Shown here: piece after piece, positions 42,135 to 50,700 of the stretch | Numbering within the stretch: position 1 is the stretch's first letter | How the letters are laid out: every line of letters begins with the position of its first letter | Assembly (NCBI GenBank): GCA_025963905.1 | Contig: JAOPZW010000375.1 | Location: 1-52,519 of the forward strand | DNA length: 52,519 bases | DNA from: Solirubrobacterales bacterium | Lineage (GTDB): Bacteria; Actinomycetota; Thermoleophilia; Solirubrobacterales; Solirubrobacteraceae | Direction: 5' to 3' | Program-made: the position numbers and the translations under genes | Notes under the pieces: model-generated | What the model saw: only the letters and a program-made list of their open reading frames with translations | Databases searched by the model: none | Told to the model about the DNA's origin: nothing

Positions 42135-42602
42135 ATGTCCACGCTCTTCTTCGAGGACTTCACCGCCGGGCGGGTCTTCGACCTGGGGGAGCGGACGCTG
42201 ACCGAGGACGACATCTTGACCTTCGCGCGCGACTGGGACCCGCAGGCGTTCCACGTCGACCCGGCGGCGGATGCGGCCGTCGTGTTCGGCGGCGTGATCG
42301 CGTCCGGGTGGCAGACCGTGTGCGTGTGGATGCGGATGTACGTGGACGAGGTCCTCAGCCGCGCCGCGATGCTGGCGGCGCCGGGCGTCGAGGAGATCCG
42401 CTGGCTGGCGCCGGTGCGGCCCGGGATGGTGCTGCGCGGCCGGACGACGATCGTGGAGGCCTACGTCCAGGACCCGGCGAAGGGCCGCGGCACGCTGCGG
42501 CTGCGCGGCGAGCTGGTGGCCGAGGACGGAAGCCCGGTGATGACGATGCTCGCGCGCGGCCATGCGCGGCTGCGTGAGCACGAGGAGGTGCTGGCGGGAT
42601 GA
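42135..42602 (+). CDS. MaoC-like dehydratase (single hot-dog)
   Basis: 155 aa. Contains FARDWDPQAFHVD and GVIASGWQT. Confidence 0.85.
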   Translation: MSTLFFEDFTAGRVFDLGERTLTEDDILTFARDWDPQAFHVDPAADAAVVFGGVIASGWQTVCVWMRMYVDEVLSRAAMLAAPGVEEIRWLAPVRPGMVLRGRTTIVEAYVQDPAKGRGTLRLRGELVAEDGSPVMTMLARGHARLREHEEVLAG

Positions 42603-44398
42603 CCGTCGTCGACGATGTCGGTGCTCTTGCCGCGTTGATCGCGACGCTGGCGGCCGCCGGCGACGCGGACGCGATCCTCGCTGCCGTGGCGGCCGAGGGC
42701 TGCGCGCTGCTCGGGATCCGGCGCTGCGGGATCTACCTGCGCGAGGAGCGCCGCGAGGGGTTGGCCGGCCGGCTCGGGCACCCGATGGACGAGATCGGCG
42801 CGGCGGTCCGGGAGCTCCGGATCGGCGGTCCGGGCGACGCGATCACCCACGCGGCGCTGGAGACGCGGGCGCCGGTCGTCGTCGAGGACATGGCGTCCGA
42901 CCCACGCGCCGGCGGCCTGCCGGTGCGGGTGTGGGGCGTGCGGTCGCTCCTGGCGGTGCCGTTGCTCGGCGGGGCGCCGGACGAGGCGCCGCTGGGCGTC
43001 ATGGTCTTCGACCCGGGCGACGCGCCGCACGTCTACGGCACGCGCGACGTGGCCCTGGGCGGGATGCTCGGCCGCGTAGCGGGCGGGGCGCTGGCGGGCG
43101 AGCGCCAGCGGGCGCAGCTCGACACGGCGCGGCGCCAGAACCGGCTGCTGCGCGGCGCGGCCACCGCGGACTTCAAGCTGTCGCAGGTGCTGCTGGACGG
43201 CGGCGGCCTGCGCGCGATCGTCGGCGCGGTCGCCGAGCTGTGCGGCAAGCCGGCCGCTCTGTACGACGCGTCGCTGCATCGCGTCGCGAGCGCCGAGCCG
43301 CCCGGGCAGGACGACGGGCTGCACGTCGCGCTGCTCGAGGACGCCTCCGACGCCGTGCGCGCGCTGCTGGCAAGCGCGGCCGCCGGCTCGTCGACGACCG
43401 TCGCGCCGATGCTCAGCGCCGGCGTCCGGCACCGGCACCTCGTGGCGCCGGTCGACGTCGCCGAGGACCGCTGGGGCTGGCTGCTCGTCATGGAGCACCC
43501 GCGGCCCTTGGGCGCGTTCGACGAGCTGGTCGCGCGGCGCGCGGCGCGGCACGTCGCGCTCGAGTTGACCGCGCAGGCGCGGGCGGCCTCGACGGCGTGG
43601 GACGCGCGGTCGCTGCTGGCGCGGCAGCTGATCCGCGGCACGCAGGACGAGGACGTGCGCCGCGGCGCCGACCATCTTGGTGTGGATCTCGCGACGCCGC
43701 GCGTCGTCGGGCTGGTCACGCTGCCGGCCCACCGCGGCGGTGGGATCGACGCGGCCCGGCTCGTGGAGGCGCTGAGCGCGCGCGTCGGCGGCGAGGTGCT
43801 CGCGACCAAGGGGCCGCAGGGCGTCGCGCTCCTTGTTGATGTGGATGGTGACCTGGCGCCGATCGTGGCGGTCCGGGCGGTGAAGCACTCGGTCGCCGAG
43901 GCGTGCGGCGTGGCCGGTCTGGGCGATGCGATCGTCGGCCTGTCGACCGTCTGCCGCGAGCCGCGCGCGGTGCCGCGCGCCTATCGCGAGGCATGCGAGG
44001 TCGCGCGGTGCATCGACGGCCTCGACGCGCCGCAGCGGATCATGGCCGCGGACGATCTCGGCCCGGGGCGGCTGTTCGTCGCCCACGGAGACGCGGCCGC
44101 GCTCGGGCAGTTCGTCGACGACGTCCTCGGCCCGTTGCTCACGGGCCAGGACGGCGCCGGCGACCTGCTCGGGACGCTCGACGTGTTCTACGCCACCGGC
44201 CGCTCGGTGCGGGCGTCGGCGCAGCGGCTGGACGTCCACGAGAACACGGTGCGCTACCGGCTGGCGCGCGTGCGGGACATCACCGGGCTGGACGTCGCGG
44301 CGGACGCCGACGACCAGCTCAGCGTGCAGATGGCGCTGCTCGTGCTGCGGCTGCGCGGCCACGAGGGGTTGTCGCGGATCGACGAGGAGGCGGCGTGA
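42599..44398 (+). CDS. GAF-domain / PucR (CdaR)-family transcriptional regulator
   Basis: ATGA overlap upstream. N-terminal GAF-like block and a C-terminal PucR HTH (SAQRLDVHENTVRYRLARVRDITGLD). Confidence 0.88.
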   Translation: MTVVDDVGALAALIATLAAAGDADAILAAVAAEGCALLGIRRCGIYLREERREGLAGRLGHPMDEIGAAVRELRIGGPGDAITHAALETRAPVVVEDMASDPRAGGLPVRVWGVRSLLAVPLLGGAPDEAPLGVMVFDPGDAPHVYGTRDVALGGMLGRVAGGALAGERQRAQLDTARRQNRLLRGAATADFKLSQVLLDGGGLRAIVGAVAELCGKPAALYDASLHRVASAEPPGQDDGLHVALLEDASDAVRALLASAAAGSSTTVAPMLSAGVRHRHLVAPVDVAEDRWGWLLVMEHPRPLGAFDELVARRAARHVALELTAQARAASTAWDARSLLARQLIRGTQDEDVRRGADHLGVDLATPRVVGLVTLPAHRGGGIDAARLVEALSARVGGEVLATKGPQGVALLVDVDGDLAPIVAVRAVKHSVAEACGVAGLGDAIVGLSTVCREPRAVPRAYREACEVARCIDGLDAPQRIMAADDLGPGRLFVAHGDAAALGQFVDDVLGPLLTGQDGAGDLLGTLDVFYATGRSVRASAQRLDVHENTVRYRLARVRDITGLDVAADADDQLSVQMALLVLRLRGHEGLSRIDEEAA

Positions 44399-45096
44399 AG
44401 GCGCTGGTCACGGGCGCGGCGCGCCCGGGTGGGATCGGGGCGGCGATCGTCGCGCGGCTGGCGCGGGACGGGTTGGACGTCGAGACGCTGGACGTCGAGC
44501 CGGGCTGCACCCACCAAGTCGATGTGGTCGACGGGGAGCTGCCCGTGCTGGACCATGTTGATGTCCTGGTGTGCAACGCCGCGTTGACCACAATGTTCGG
44601 CGCGGCGCACTCGATGCGGCTGGAGCGCTGGCAGCGGGATCTGGACGTCAACCTGACCGGGACGTTCCGCGTGATGCAGGCGTGCCTGGGCGGGATGCGC
44701 TCGCGCGGATACGGGCGGATCGTCGTGATCTCCAGCACCGCCGCGGTGCACGGGATGCCGGCGCAGATCGCGTACGCGACGACGAAGTCCGGGCTGTTGG
44801 GGTTCATGAAGACGGTCGCGGCGGAGAATGCGGCGCTGGGCGTCACCTGCAACGCGGTGCTGCCGGGGATGACCGCGTCGTCGGGGATCCTCGGGATGCC
44901 CCAGGACATCATCGACGCGTGGGTGACGACGATGCCGATGGGGTCGCTGGTGGAGCCGGCGGACATCGCGGAGGCGGTGGCGTTCTTCTGCGGCGAGGCC
45001 GCGGGCCGGGTGACCGGGCAGGCGCTGACGGTGGACGGAGGGCATGCGTTGAACACCATGTCGGTGACGTCGAGCGCGGCGCCGGCGAAGGCCTGA
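44395..45096 (+). CDS. SDR family oxidoreductase
   Basis: The GTG at 44395 overlaps the regulator stop (GTGA). Contains TGAARPGGIG, S...YATTKSG and a GG.ALN C-terminus. Confidence 0.85.
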   Translation: MKALVTGAARPGGIGAAIVARLARDGLDVETLDVEPGCTHQVDVVDGELPVLDHVDVLVCNAALTTMFGAAHSMRLERWQRDLDVNLTGTFRVMQACLGGMRSRGYGRIVVISSTAAVHGMPAQIAYATTKSGLLGFMKTVAAENAALGVTCNAVLPGMTASSGILGMPQDIIDAWVTTMPMGSLVEPADIAEAVAFFCGEAAGRVTGQALTVDGGHALNTMSVTSSAAPAKA

Positions 45097-46085
45097 TGCG
45101 CGCCGCGGTCCTGGAGGCACTGGTCGGGCCGGACGCCGTGCGGATCGCCGACGACGTGCCGGAGCCGGTGGGCGAGCATCCGATGGGGGTCGGCGGGCGG
45201 CTGCTCGTCGAGGTGCATGCCGCGGGCGTGTCGTTCCCGGACCTGCTGCGCTCGCGGGGCGAGTACCAGATGCGCCCGGAGTTGCCGTTCGCGATCGGCG
45301 CTGAGGTCGCGGGCGTGGTGGTCGAGGCGCCCGAGGGCTCGCCCTTCGCGGTTGGTGATCGTGTCGCGGCGCTGACTCACTGGGGCGGCGTGGCCGAGTA
45401 CGCGCTGGCGATGCCCCAGCACACGCTGCGGCTGCCCGACCACATGTCCTACGCGCAGGGCGCGGCGTTGTACCTCAACTACTGTACGGCGTGGTACGCG
45501 CTGCACCGGGCTGGCGTGGTGGCGGGGGAGACGGTGCTCGTCCAGGGCGCAGCGGGTGGGGTCGGGACGGCGGCGCTGGAGATCTTGGTGGCGCTGGGCG
45601 CGCGGTCGATCGCGGTGGTGTCGTCCGACGAGAAGGAGAACGCCGCCCGCGCGATGGGCGCCGACGCGGTCGTTCGGTCTGACGGCGGCTGGCTGGCCGA
45701 GGTGAAGGACTTGACCGGGGGCCGCGGCGTGCAGGCGGTGATCGATCCAGTCGGCGGGGATCGGTTCGTGGACTCCTTGCGCGCGCTGGCGATCGGCGGG
45801 CGTCTGGCGGTCGTCGGGTTCACCGGCGGGTCGATCCCCGAGTTGAAGGTCAACCGGTTGCTGTTGCGGAACCTGACGGTCTGCGGCGTCGAGATGGTGA
45901 TGATGGACTCCGAGGAGCCGGGGACGGTGCGGATGGTCAACGACGCGGTGCAGGCGCTCGCGGACGAGGGCAAGGTCCGGACGCTGGTCGGCGCCGAGAT
46001 CGGGTTGGAGGCCGGCGCGGACGCGCTGCGCCTGCTCGAAGGGCGCGGGGCGATCGGCAAGGTCGTCGTGGCGGTGCGCGGCTGA
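45096..46085 (+). CDS. NADPH:quinone oxidoreductase-like MDR (paralogue 1 of 3)
   Basis: TGATG junction. Contains VEVHAAGVSFPDLL.SRGEYQ and GAAGGVGTAALE. Confidence 0.88.
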   Translation: MRAAVLEALVGPDAVRIADDVPEPVGEHPMGVGGRLLVEVHAAGVSFPDLLRSRGEYQMRPELPFAIGAEVAGVVVEAPEGSPFAVGDRVAALTHWGGVAEYALAMPQHTLRLPDHMSYAQGAALYLNYCTAWYALHRAGVVAGETVLVQGAAGGVGTAALEILVALGARSIAVVSSDEKENAARAMGADAVVRSDGGWLAEVKDLTGGRGVQAVIDPVGGDRFVDSLRALAIGGRLAVVGFTGGSIPELKVNRLLLRNLTVCGVEMVMMDSEEPGTVRMVNDAVQALADEGKVRTLVGAEIGLEAGADALRLLEGRGAIGKVVVAVRG

Positions 46086-47074
46086 TGCGCGGCGTGGTGA
46101 TCGAGGAGCTGGTCGGGCCCGACGGCGCCGCGCTGCGCGAGGACGTGCCGGAGCCGGAGGGCGCGCACCCGCGCGCCGACGGCGAGCGGCTGCTTGTCGA
46201 GGTGCACGCCGCCAGCGTGTCGTTCCCGGACCTGCTGCAGAGTCGCGGGGAGTACCAGATCGCGACGCCGCCGCCGTTCGTGTCGGGCGGCGAGTTCGCG
46301 GGCGTGGTGCTCGAGGCGCCGGCCGGGTCGGACTTCCGCGCCGGCGAGCGCGTCGCCGGGATGTCGATCTGGGGCGCGATGGGCGAGCAGGTGCTCGCGT
46401 TGCCGAGGTACACGTTGAAGCTGCCCGACACCATGGACTACGCCGAGGGTTCGGCGTTGTTCCTCAACTCGACAACAGCCTGGTTCGCGATCGACCGCGC
46501 CGGCGTGCGGGAAGGGGAGACCGTGCTGGTCCACGGCGCCGCCGGCGGCGTCGGCACCGCGGCGTTGGAGATGTTGAAGGCCATGGGCGCACGCTCGATC
46601 GCGGTGGTGTCCAGCGACGAGAAGGAGCGCGTCGCGCGCGAGGTCGGCGCCGACGAGGTCGTCCGGTCGGGCGGCGACTGGCTGACCGAGGTCCGTGAGC
46701 TCACCGACGGCCTCGGCGTCGAAGTGGTCCTCGACCCGGTCGGCGGCGACCGCTTCACCGACTCCCTCCGCGCCCTCGACATCGCCGGTCGGTTGGTCGT
46801 GATCGGCTTCGCCGGCGGCGGCATCCCGACGGTCAAGGTCAACCGGTTGTTGTTGAGGAACCTGACCGTGACCGGCATCGGCATGGACCCGATGGAACGT
46901 CGCTTCCCGGGCACGGTCGCTCGCGTGACCGACGCCGTCATCTCCCTCGCCGAACGAGGCTCGATCCACCCCCGCATCGGCGCGCGCCTGCCACTCGCCG
47001 ACGGCCCCGAAGCCCTCCGCATCCTCGAGAGACGCGCCGCAGTCGGCAACATCGTGGTGGACGTTCGCACCTGA
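46085..47074 (+). CDS. NADPH:quinone oxidoreductase-like MDR (paralogue 2 of 3)
   Basis: TGATG junction. 329 aa, colinear with 45096..46085. Confidence 0.88.
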   Translation: MRGVVIEELVGPDGAALREDVPEPEGAHPRADGERLLVEVHAASVSFPDLLQSRGEYQIATPPPFVSGGEFAGVVLEAPAGSDFRAGERVAGMSIWGAMGEQVLALPRYTLKLPDTMDYAEGSALFLNSTTAWFAIDRAGVREGETVLVHGAAGGVGTAALEMLKAMGARSIAVVSSDEKERVAREVGADEVVRSGGDWLTEVRELTDGLGVEVVLDPVGGDRFTDSLRALDIAGRLVVIGFAGGGIPTVKVNRLLLRNLTVTGIGMDPMERRFPGTVARVTDAVISLAERGSIHPRIGARLPLADGPEALRILERRAAVGNIVVDVRT

Positions 47075-47168
47075 CGCACACCGCGCCGCCCGCCCGCCGC
47101 GCCCTCGGTTGCCGCGCCTCCACTGCCCCTTCGGGCGCGGAGTGGGTTGGCCGCGGTCGGCGCGGACC

Positions 47169-48146
47169 TCAGCGCACGTCGACGACGATCTTCCCAAGTG
47201 CCTCGCGGCGTTCCATGATGCGGAGTGCTTCGGCGCCGTCGGAGAGAGGGACGCGCACCCCGATCAGGGGGCGGATCGTGCCGTCGTCCAAAAGGCCCTG
47301 GACCGCCGTGTTGATCATCGCGACGGTGCCCGGGTGCTCTTCTTCCATGATGTCCATGGAGATCCCGACCAACGTCAGGTTTTTCAACAAGAGCCGGTTG
47401 ACCTTGATGGTGGGGATCGAGCCGGCGGCGAAGCCGACGACGACGAGGCGGCCGCCGACTCGCAGAGCACGGACGGTGTCGAGGAAGCTGTCGCCGCCGA
47501 CCATGTCCAGAACGACGTGCGCGCGGTCGCGCACCAGCGACGGCCAGGCCGGGTCGTCGGAACGGACCACTTCGTGCGCGCCGAGGCCGCGGACGACGCG
47601 TCCCTTCTCGTCGCTCGACACCAGCGCCACCACTTGCACGCCGAAGGCCTCGCCTGCGATCTGCGTCACCGCGGTGCCGACGCCGCCCGCGGCGCCGGTC
47701 ACGAAGACCGTCTCGCCCGGTCGAGCGCCCGCGCGGTACAGCGCGTACCAGGCCGTGCAGTAGTTGATGTACACGGCCGCGCCTTCCGCGAAGGACAACG
47801 ACTCGGGCAACCGCAGGACGTAGCCCGGCGGGACCAACGCGCGCTCCGCCATCGCGCCCCGCCGCGCCAACCCCAACACGCGATCACCAGCAAAAAAGCC
47901 CGACCCGGCAGGCGCTTCCAGCACCACGCCCGCCACCTCGCCGCCGCTCACGAACGGCGCCTCGACGCTGTGCTGATACTGCCCGCGTGTCTGCAGCAGG
48001 TCCGGGAAGCAGATCGCCGCGGCATGGACGTCGACGAGCATCCGCTCGTCGGGACTGAGCCAGTGGGCGCCCGCTGGCTCGGCCACGTCCTCACGCAGCA
48101 CCGCCCCGTCCGGCCCGACGAGCTCTTCTACAACGACAGCGCGCAC
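47169..48146 (-). CDS. NADPH:quinone oxidoreductase-like MDR (paralogue 3 of 3, convergent)
   Basis: 325 aa. Contains VDVHAAAICFPDLLQTRGQYQ and GAAGGVGTAVTQ. Confidence 0.88.
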   Translation of the reverse strand: MRAVVVEELVGPDGAVLREDVAEPAGAHWLSPDERMLVDVHAAAICFPDLLQTRGQYQHSVEAPFVSGGEVAGVVLEAPAGSGFFAGDRVLGLARRGAMAERALVPPGYVLRLPESLSFAEGAAVYINYCTAWYALYRAGARPGETVFVTGAAGGVGTAVTQIAGEAFGVQVVALVSSDEKGRVVRGLGAHEVVRSDDPAWPSLVRDRAHVVLDMVGGDSFLDTVRALRVGGRLVVVGFAAGSIPTIKVNRLLLKNLTLVGISMDIMEEEHPGTVAMINTAVQGLLDDGTIRPLIGVRVPLSDGAEALRIMERREALGKIVVDVR

Positions 48147-48152
48147 CGCCCG

Positions 48153-48914
48153 TCAGCGCCCGGTCCACACCGGCTCGCGCTTCTCGATGAACGCGCGCGG
48201 CCCCTCGGCGAAGTCTTCGCCCTGCATGACGACCGGCAGCGCCGCGTCGGTCATCGCCCAGTTCTCCTCGTCGCCGGCCAGCAGCCCGCGCAGCACCAGA
48301 TCGCGCGATGCCTGCACGGCGCGCGGTGCGTTGGAGCAAATGCGCTCGGCCAGAGACAAAGCGGCATCGACCGCCGAGCCCGGCTCGACCAGCTCGTTGA
48401 CCATTCCCAACGCCCACGCGCGCTCGGCCGAGATCGGGTCACCGGTCAGCGCGAGCTCCAGCGCGATCGTCCGCGGCAGCACGCGCGGCAGCCGGAACAG
48501 CCCGCCGGCGCCCGCGACCAGCGCGCGCTTGACCTCCGGGATCCCGAACGACGCGGCCCGGGACGCGACGACCAGGTCGCACGTCAGCACGATCTCGCAC
48601 CCGCCGGCCAGCGCCGGTGCGTCGACCGCCGCGATCAGCGGCTTGACCCGCGGCAGCCGCGTGATCCCCGCGAACCCGCCGCGCTCGGTGTGCAAGTCAT
48701 CAGCCCGGCCCGCCGCGATCTCCTTCAGGTCGGCGCCCGCGCAGAAGACCGGGCCCCTACCGGCAATGACGCCCGCCCACAGCCCGTCGTCGGCCTCCAG
48801 CCGCGACACCGCGGCCTCGAACCCCGCCGCGACCTCACCGTTGACCGCGTTGCGCGCCTCCGGCCGGTCGATCGTGATGAGCGCGACGCGCCCCCGGACC
48901 TCGACGTCGATCAT
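48153..48914 (-). CDS. Enoyl-CoA hydratase (crotonase)
   Basis: Contains ITIDRPEARNA, FCAGADLK, ALAGGCEIVLTCD and FIEKREP. Confidence 0.9.
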   Translation of the reverse strand: MIDVEVRGRVALITIDRPEARNAVNGEVAAGFEAAVSRLEADDGLWAGVIAGRGPVFCAGADLKEIAAGRADDLHTERGGFAGITRLPRVKPLIAAVDAPALAGGCEIVLTCDLVVASRAASFGIPEVKRALVAGAGGLFRLPRVLPRTIALELALTGDPISAERAWALGMVNELVEPGSAVDAALSLAERICSNAPRAVQASRDLVLRGLLAGDEENWAMTDAALPVVMQGEDFAEGPRAFIEKREPVWTGR

Positions 48915-48968
48915 GGCCGCGACTCTACGTCTGGACCTCCTCGCGCGCGCGTGCGCGTAAGGATGCCG

Positions 48969-48984
48969 TTGGAGGTCCCTCCAA
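48969..48984. promoter_or_regulatory. Palindromic motif B: TTGGAGGTCCCTCCAA (perfect 7+2+7)
   Basis: It lies between the SDR stop (48991) and the crotonase start (48914), 54 nt from that ATG. Confidence 0.45.
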
Positions 48985-48990
48985 CAACCC

Positions 48991-49755
48991 CTACGTCAAC
49001 AGCACCCCACCGTCCACCGGGATCCCCACGCCCGTGATATACGCCGACGCGTCGCTCGCGAGGAACACGACCGTCGCCGCGGCGTCCTCCAGCTCGCCCA
49101 GCCGCCCGATCGGCACCCGCGCCCGGATGACCGCCTTCTTGTAGTTCTCGCTGTAGTGCTCGGTCTGCTCGGTGATGAACGTCCCCGGCAGGATCGCGTT
49201 GACGCGGATGCCCTTCTCGCCCCACTGCGCGGCCAAGTCGCGCGTCAACCCCAACACGCCGGCCTTCGCGGCGCTGTAGCCCGCCGCCGGCATCTTCGCG
49301 GTCGTCAGCGCCATCACCGATGACAGGTTCACGACGGCGCTGCCCGGCTGCATCACCCGGCCCGCCGCCTGCGCCATCCAGTAGGACCCCATCAGGTTGA
49401 GGTCGACGACGCGCCGGAACTGCTCGGGCGGATCCTCGGTCGCGGGGTGGTACTCGCCGCCGTCGCCGGCGTTGTTGACCAGCACGTCCACGCGGCCGAA
49501 CGCGTCCATCGCCGCGTCGACGAGCGCCTGGCAGTCCTCGACGACCGTCACGTCGGTGCGCACCGCCACGCAGCGCCGCCCGGTCGCCTCGACGGCGCGC
49601 TTGGTGTCCTCCAGCTTCTCCACCCTCCGCGCGCCGATCGCCACGTCGGCGCCGGCCTCGGCCAGCCCCTTGGCGAACGCCACGCCGAGGCCGGACGACG
49701 CGCCTGTTACGACCGCCACCTTGCCGTTGAGACCGAACCGCTCGAGAAGACCCAT
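48991..49755 (-). CDS. SDR family oxidoreductase
   Basis: Contains TGASSGLG, NNAG and S...YSAAKAG. Confidence 0.9.
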   Translation of the reverse strand: MGLLERFGLNGKVAVVTGASSGLGVAFAKGLAEAGADVAIGARRVEKLEDTKRAVEATGRRCVAVRTDVTVVEDCQALVDAAMDAFGRVDVLVNNAGDGGEYHPATEDPPEQFRRVVDLNLMGSYWMAQAAGRVMQPGSAVVNLSSVMALTTAKMPAAGYSAAKAGVLGLTRDLAAQWGEKGIRVNAILPGTFITEQTEHYSENYKKAVIRARVPIGRLGELEDAAATVVFLASDASAYITGVGIPVDGGVLLT

Positions 49756-49809
49756 GACCTGCTTCTAACACCGGCCACCCACCACGCCGAACGCCGACCC
49801 ACCCGCGGT

Positions 49810-49825
49810 TTGGAGATCTCGACAG
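49810..49825. promoter_or_regulatory. Motif C: TTGGAGATCTCGACAG (left half conserved, right half degenerate)
   Basis: It shares GTTTGGAGATC...CGCCCGACAAC with site A. It lies 57 nt upstream of ATG 49883, in the divergent SDR/SDR gap. Confidence 0.35.
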
Positions 49826-49882
49826 CGCCCGACAACACGTCCATCGAACCCCAACCCAACCCGCGCGATCCTTCCGCCGAAG

Positions 49883-50686
49883 ATGAGCGAACCGCTGCAG
49901 GACAAGGTCGCGATCGTCACCGGCGCGGGCCGCGGGATCGGCCGCGCGTGCGCCGTGCGCCTGGCGGCCGCGGGCGCCGACGTCGCCGTCCTGGATCTCG
50001 ACCTCCTCTCGGGCGCCCGCTACGCGGGCGAGCCCGGCGGGCCGACCACGGACGACGTCGAGGCTCGCGGGCAACGCGCGCTCGGCGTCCAGGTCGACCT
50101 CACCGATCGCGACGCCACCAACAACGCGGTCGACCAGGTCGTCCAACAACTCGGCTGCGTCGACATCGTCGTCAACGTCGCCGGCGGCGCGATCACGCCC
50201 TACGCGCGCAGCAAGCCGAGCCTCACGACACCCGAGGACTTCCGGACGCTCATCGACGTCAACCTGATGTCGACGATCTACGTCTGCCAGGCCGCGATCC
50301 CGCACCTGCGCGCGGCCGGCGGCGGAGCGATCATCAACACCGCCTCGACCGCCGCCTTCACCGTCTTCCCGGACGGCTCGAACTCGGCCTACGCGATGAC
50401 CAAGGCGGCCGTCGCGCACTGGAGCCGCCACCTCGCCGCCGAGCTGGGGCCCGACGGCATCCGCGTGAACATGATCGCGCCCGGGATCACGTTGACCGGC
50501 CGCGTGGTGGAGGAGTCCGCGCAGACCGGCCACGCCGACCGCGCGATCGCCGAGGTGCCGCTGCGGCGCCTCGGCCAGCCCGACGACGTCGCGCGCGTCG
50601 TCGAGTTCCTGGCGACCGACCTCTCCGGCTTCGTCACCGGTCGGTGCCTGCCGGTCGACGGCGGCTGGGTGCTCAACCCAAGTTGA
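49883..50686 (+). CDS. SDR family oxidoreductase
   Basis: Contains TGAGRGIG and S...YAMTKAA. 267 aa. Confidence 0.9.
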   Translation: MSEPLQDKVAIVTGAGRGIGRACAVRLAAAGADVAVLDLDLLSGARYAGEPGGPTTDDVEARGQRALGVQVDLTDRDATNNAVDQVVQQLGCVDIVVNVAGGAITPYARSKPSLTTPEDFRTLIDVNLMSTIYVCQAAIPHLRAAGGGAIINTASTAAFTVFPDGSNSAYAMTKAAVAHWSRHLAAELGPDGIRVNMIAPGITLTGRVVEESAQTGHADRAIAEVPLRRLGQPDDVARVVEFLATDLSGFVTGRCLPVDGGWVLNPS

Positions 50687-50700
50687 CGGAGAACACGACC

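Noticed and set aside
47075-47168. Bidirectional terminator between the convergent QOR genes
   Set aside because: Only imperfect pairing was found (CCACT...AGTGG with an inner GCCC/GGGC and a bulge), with no U-tract. This is too weak to call as a feature.
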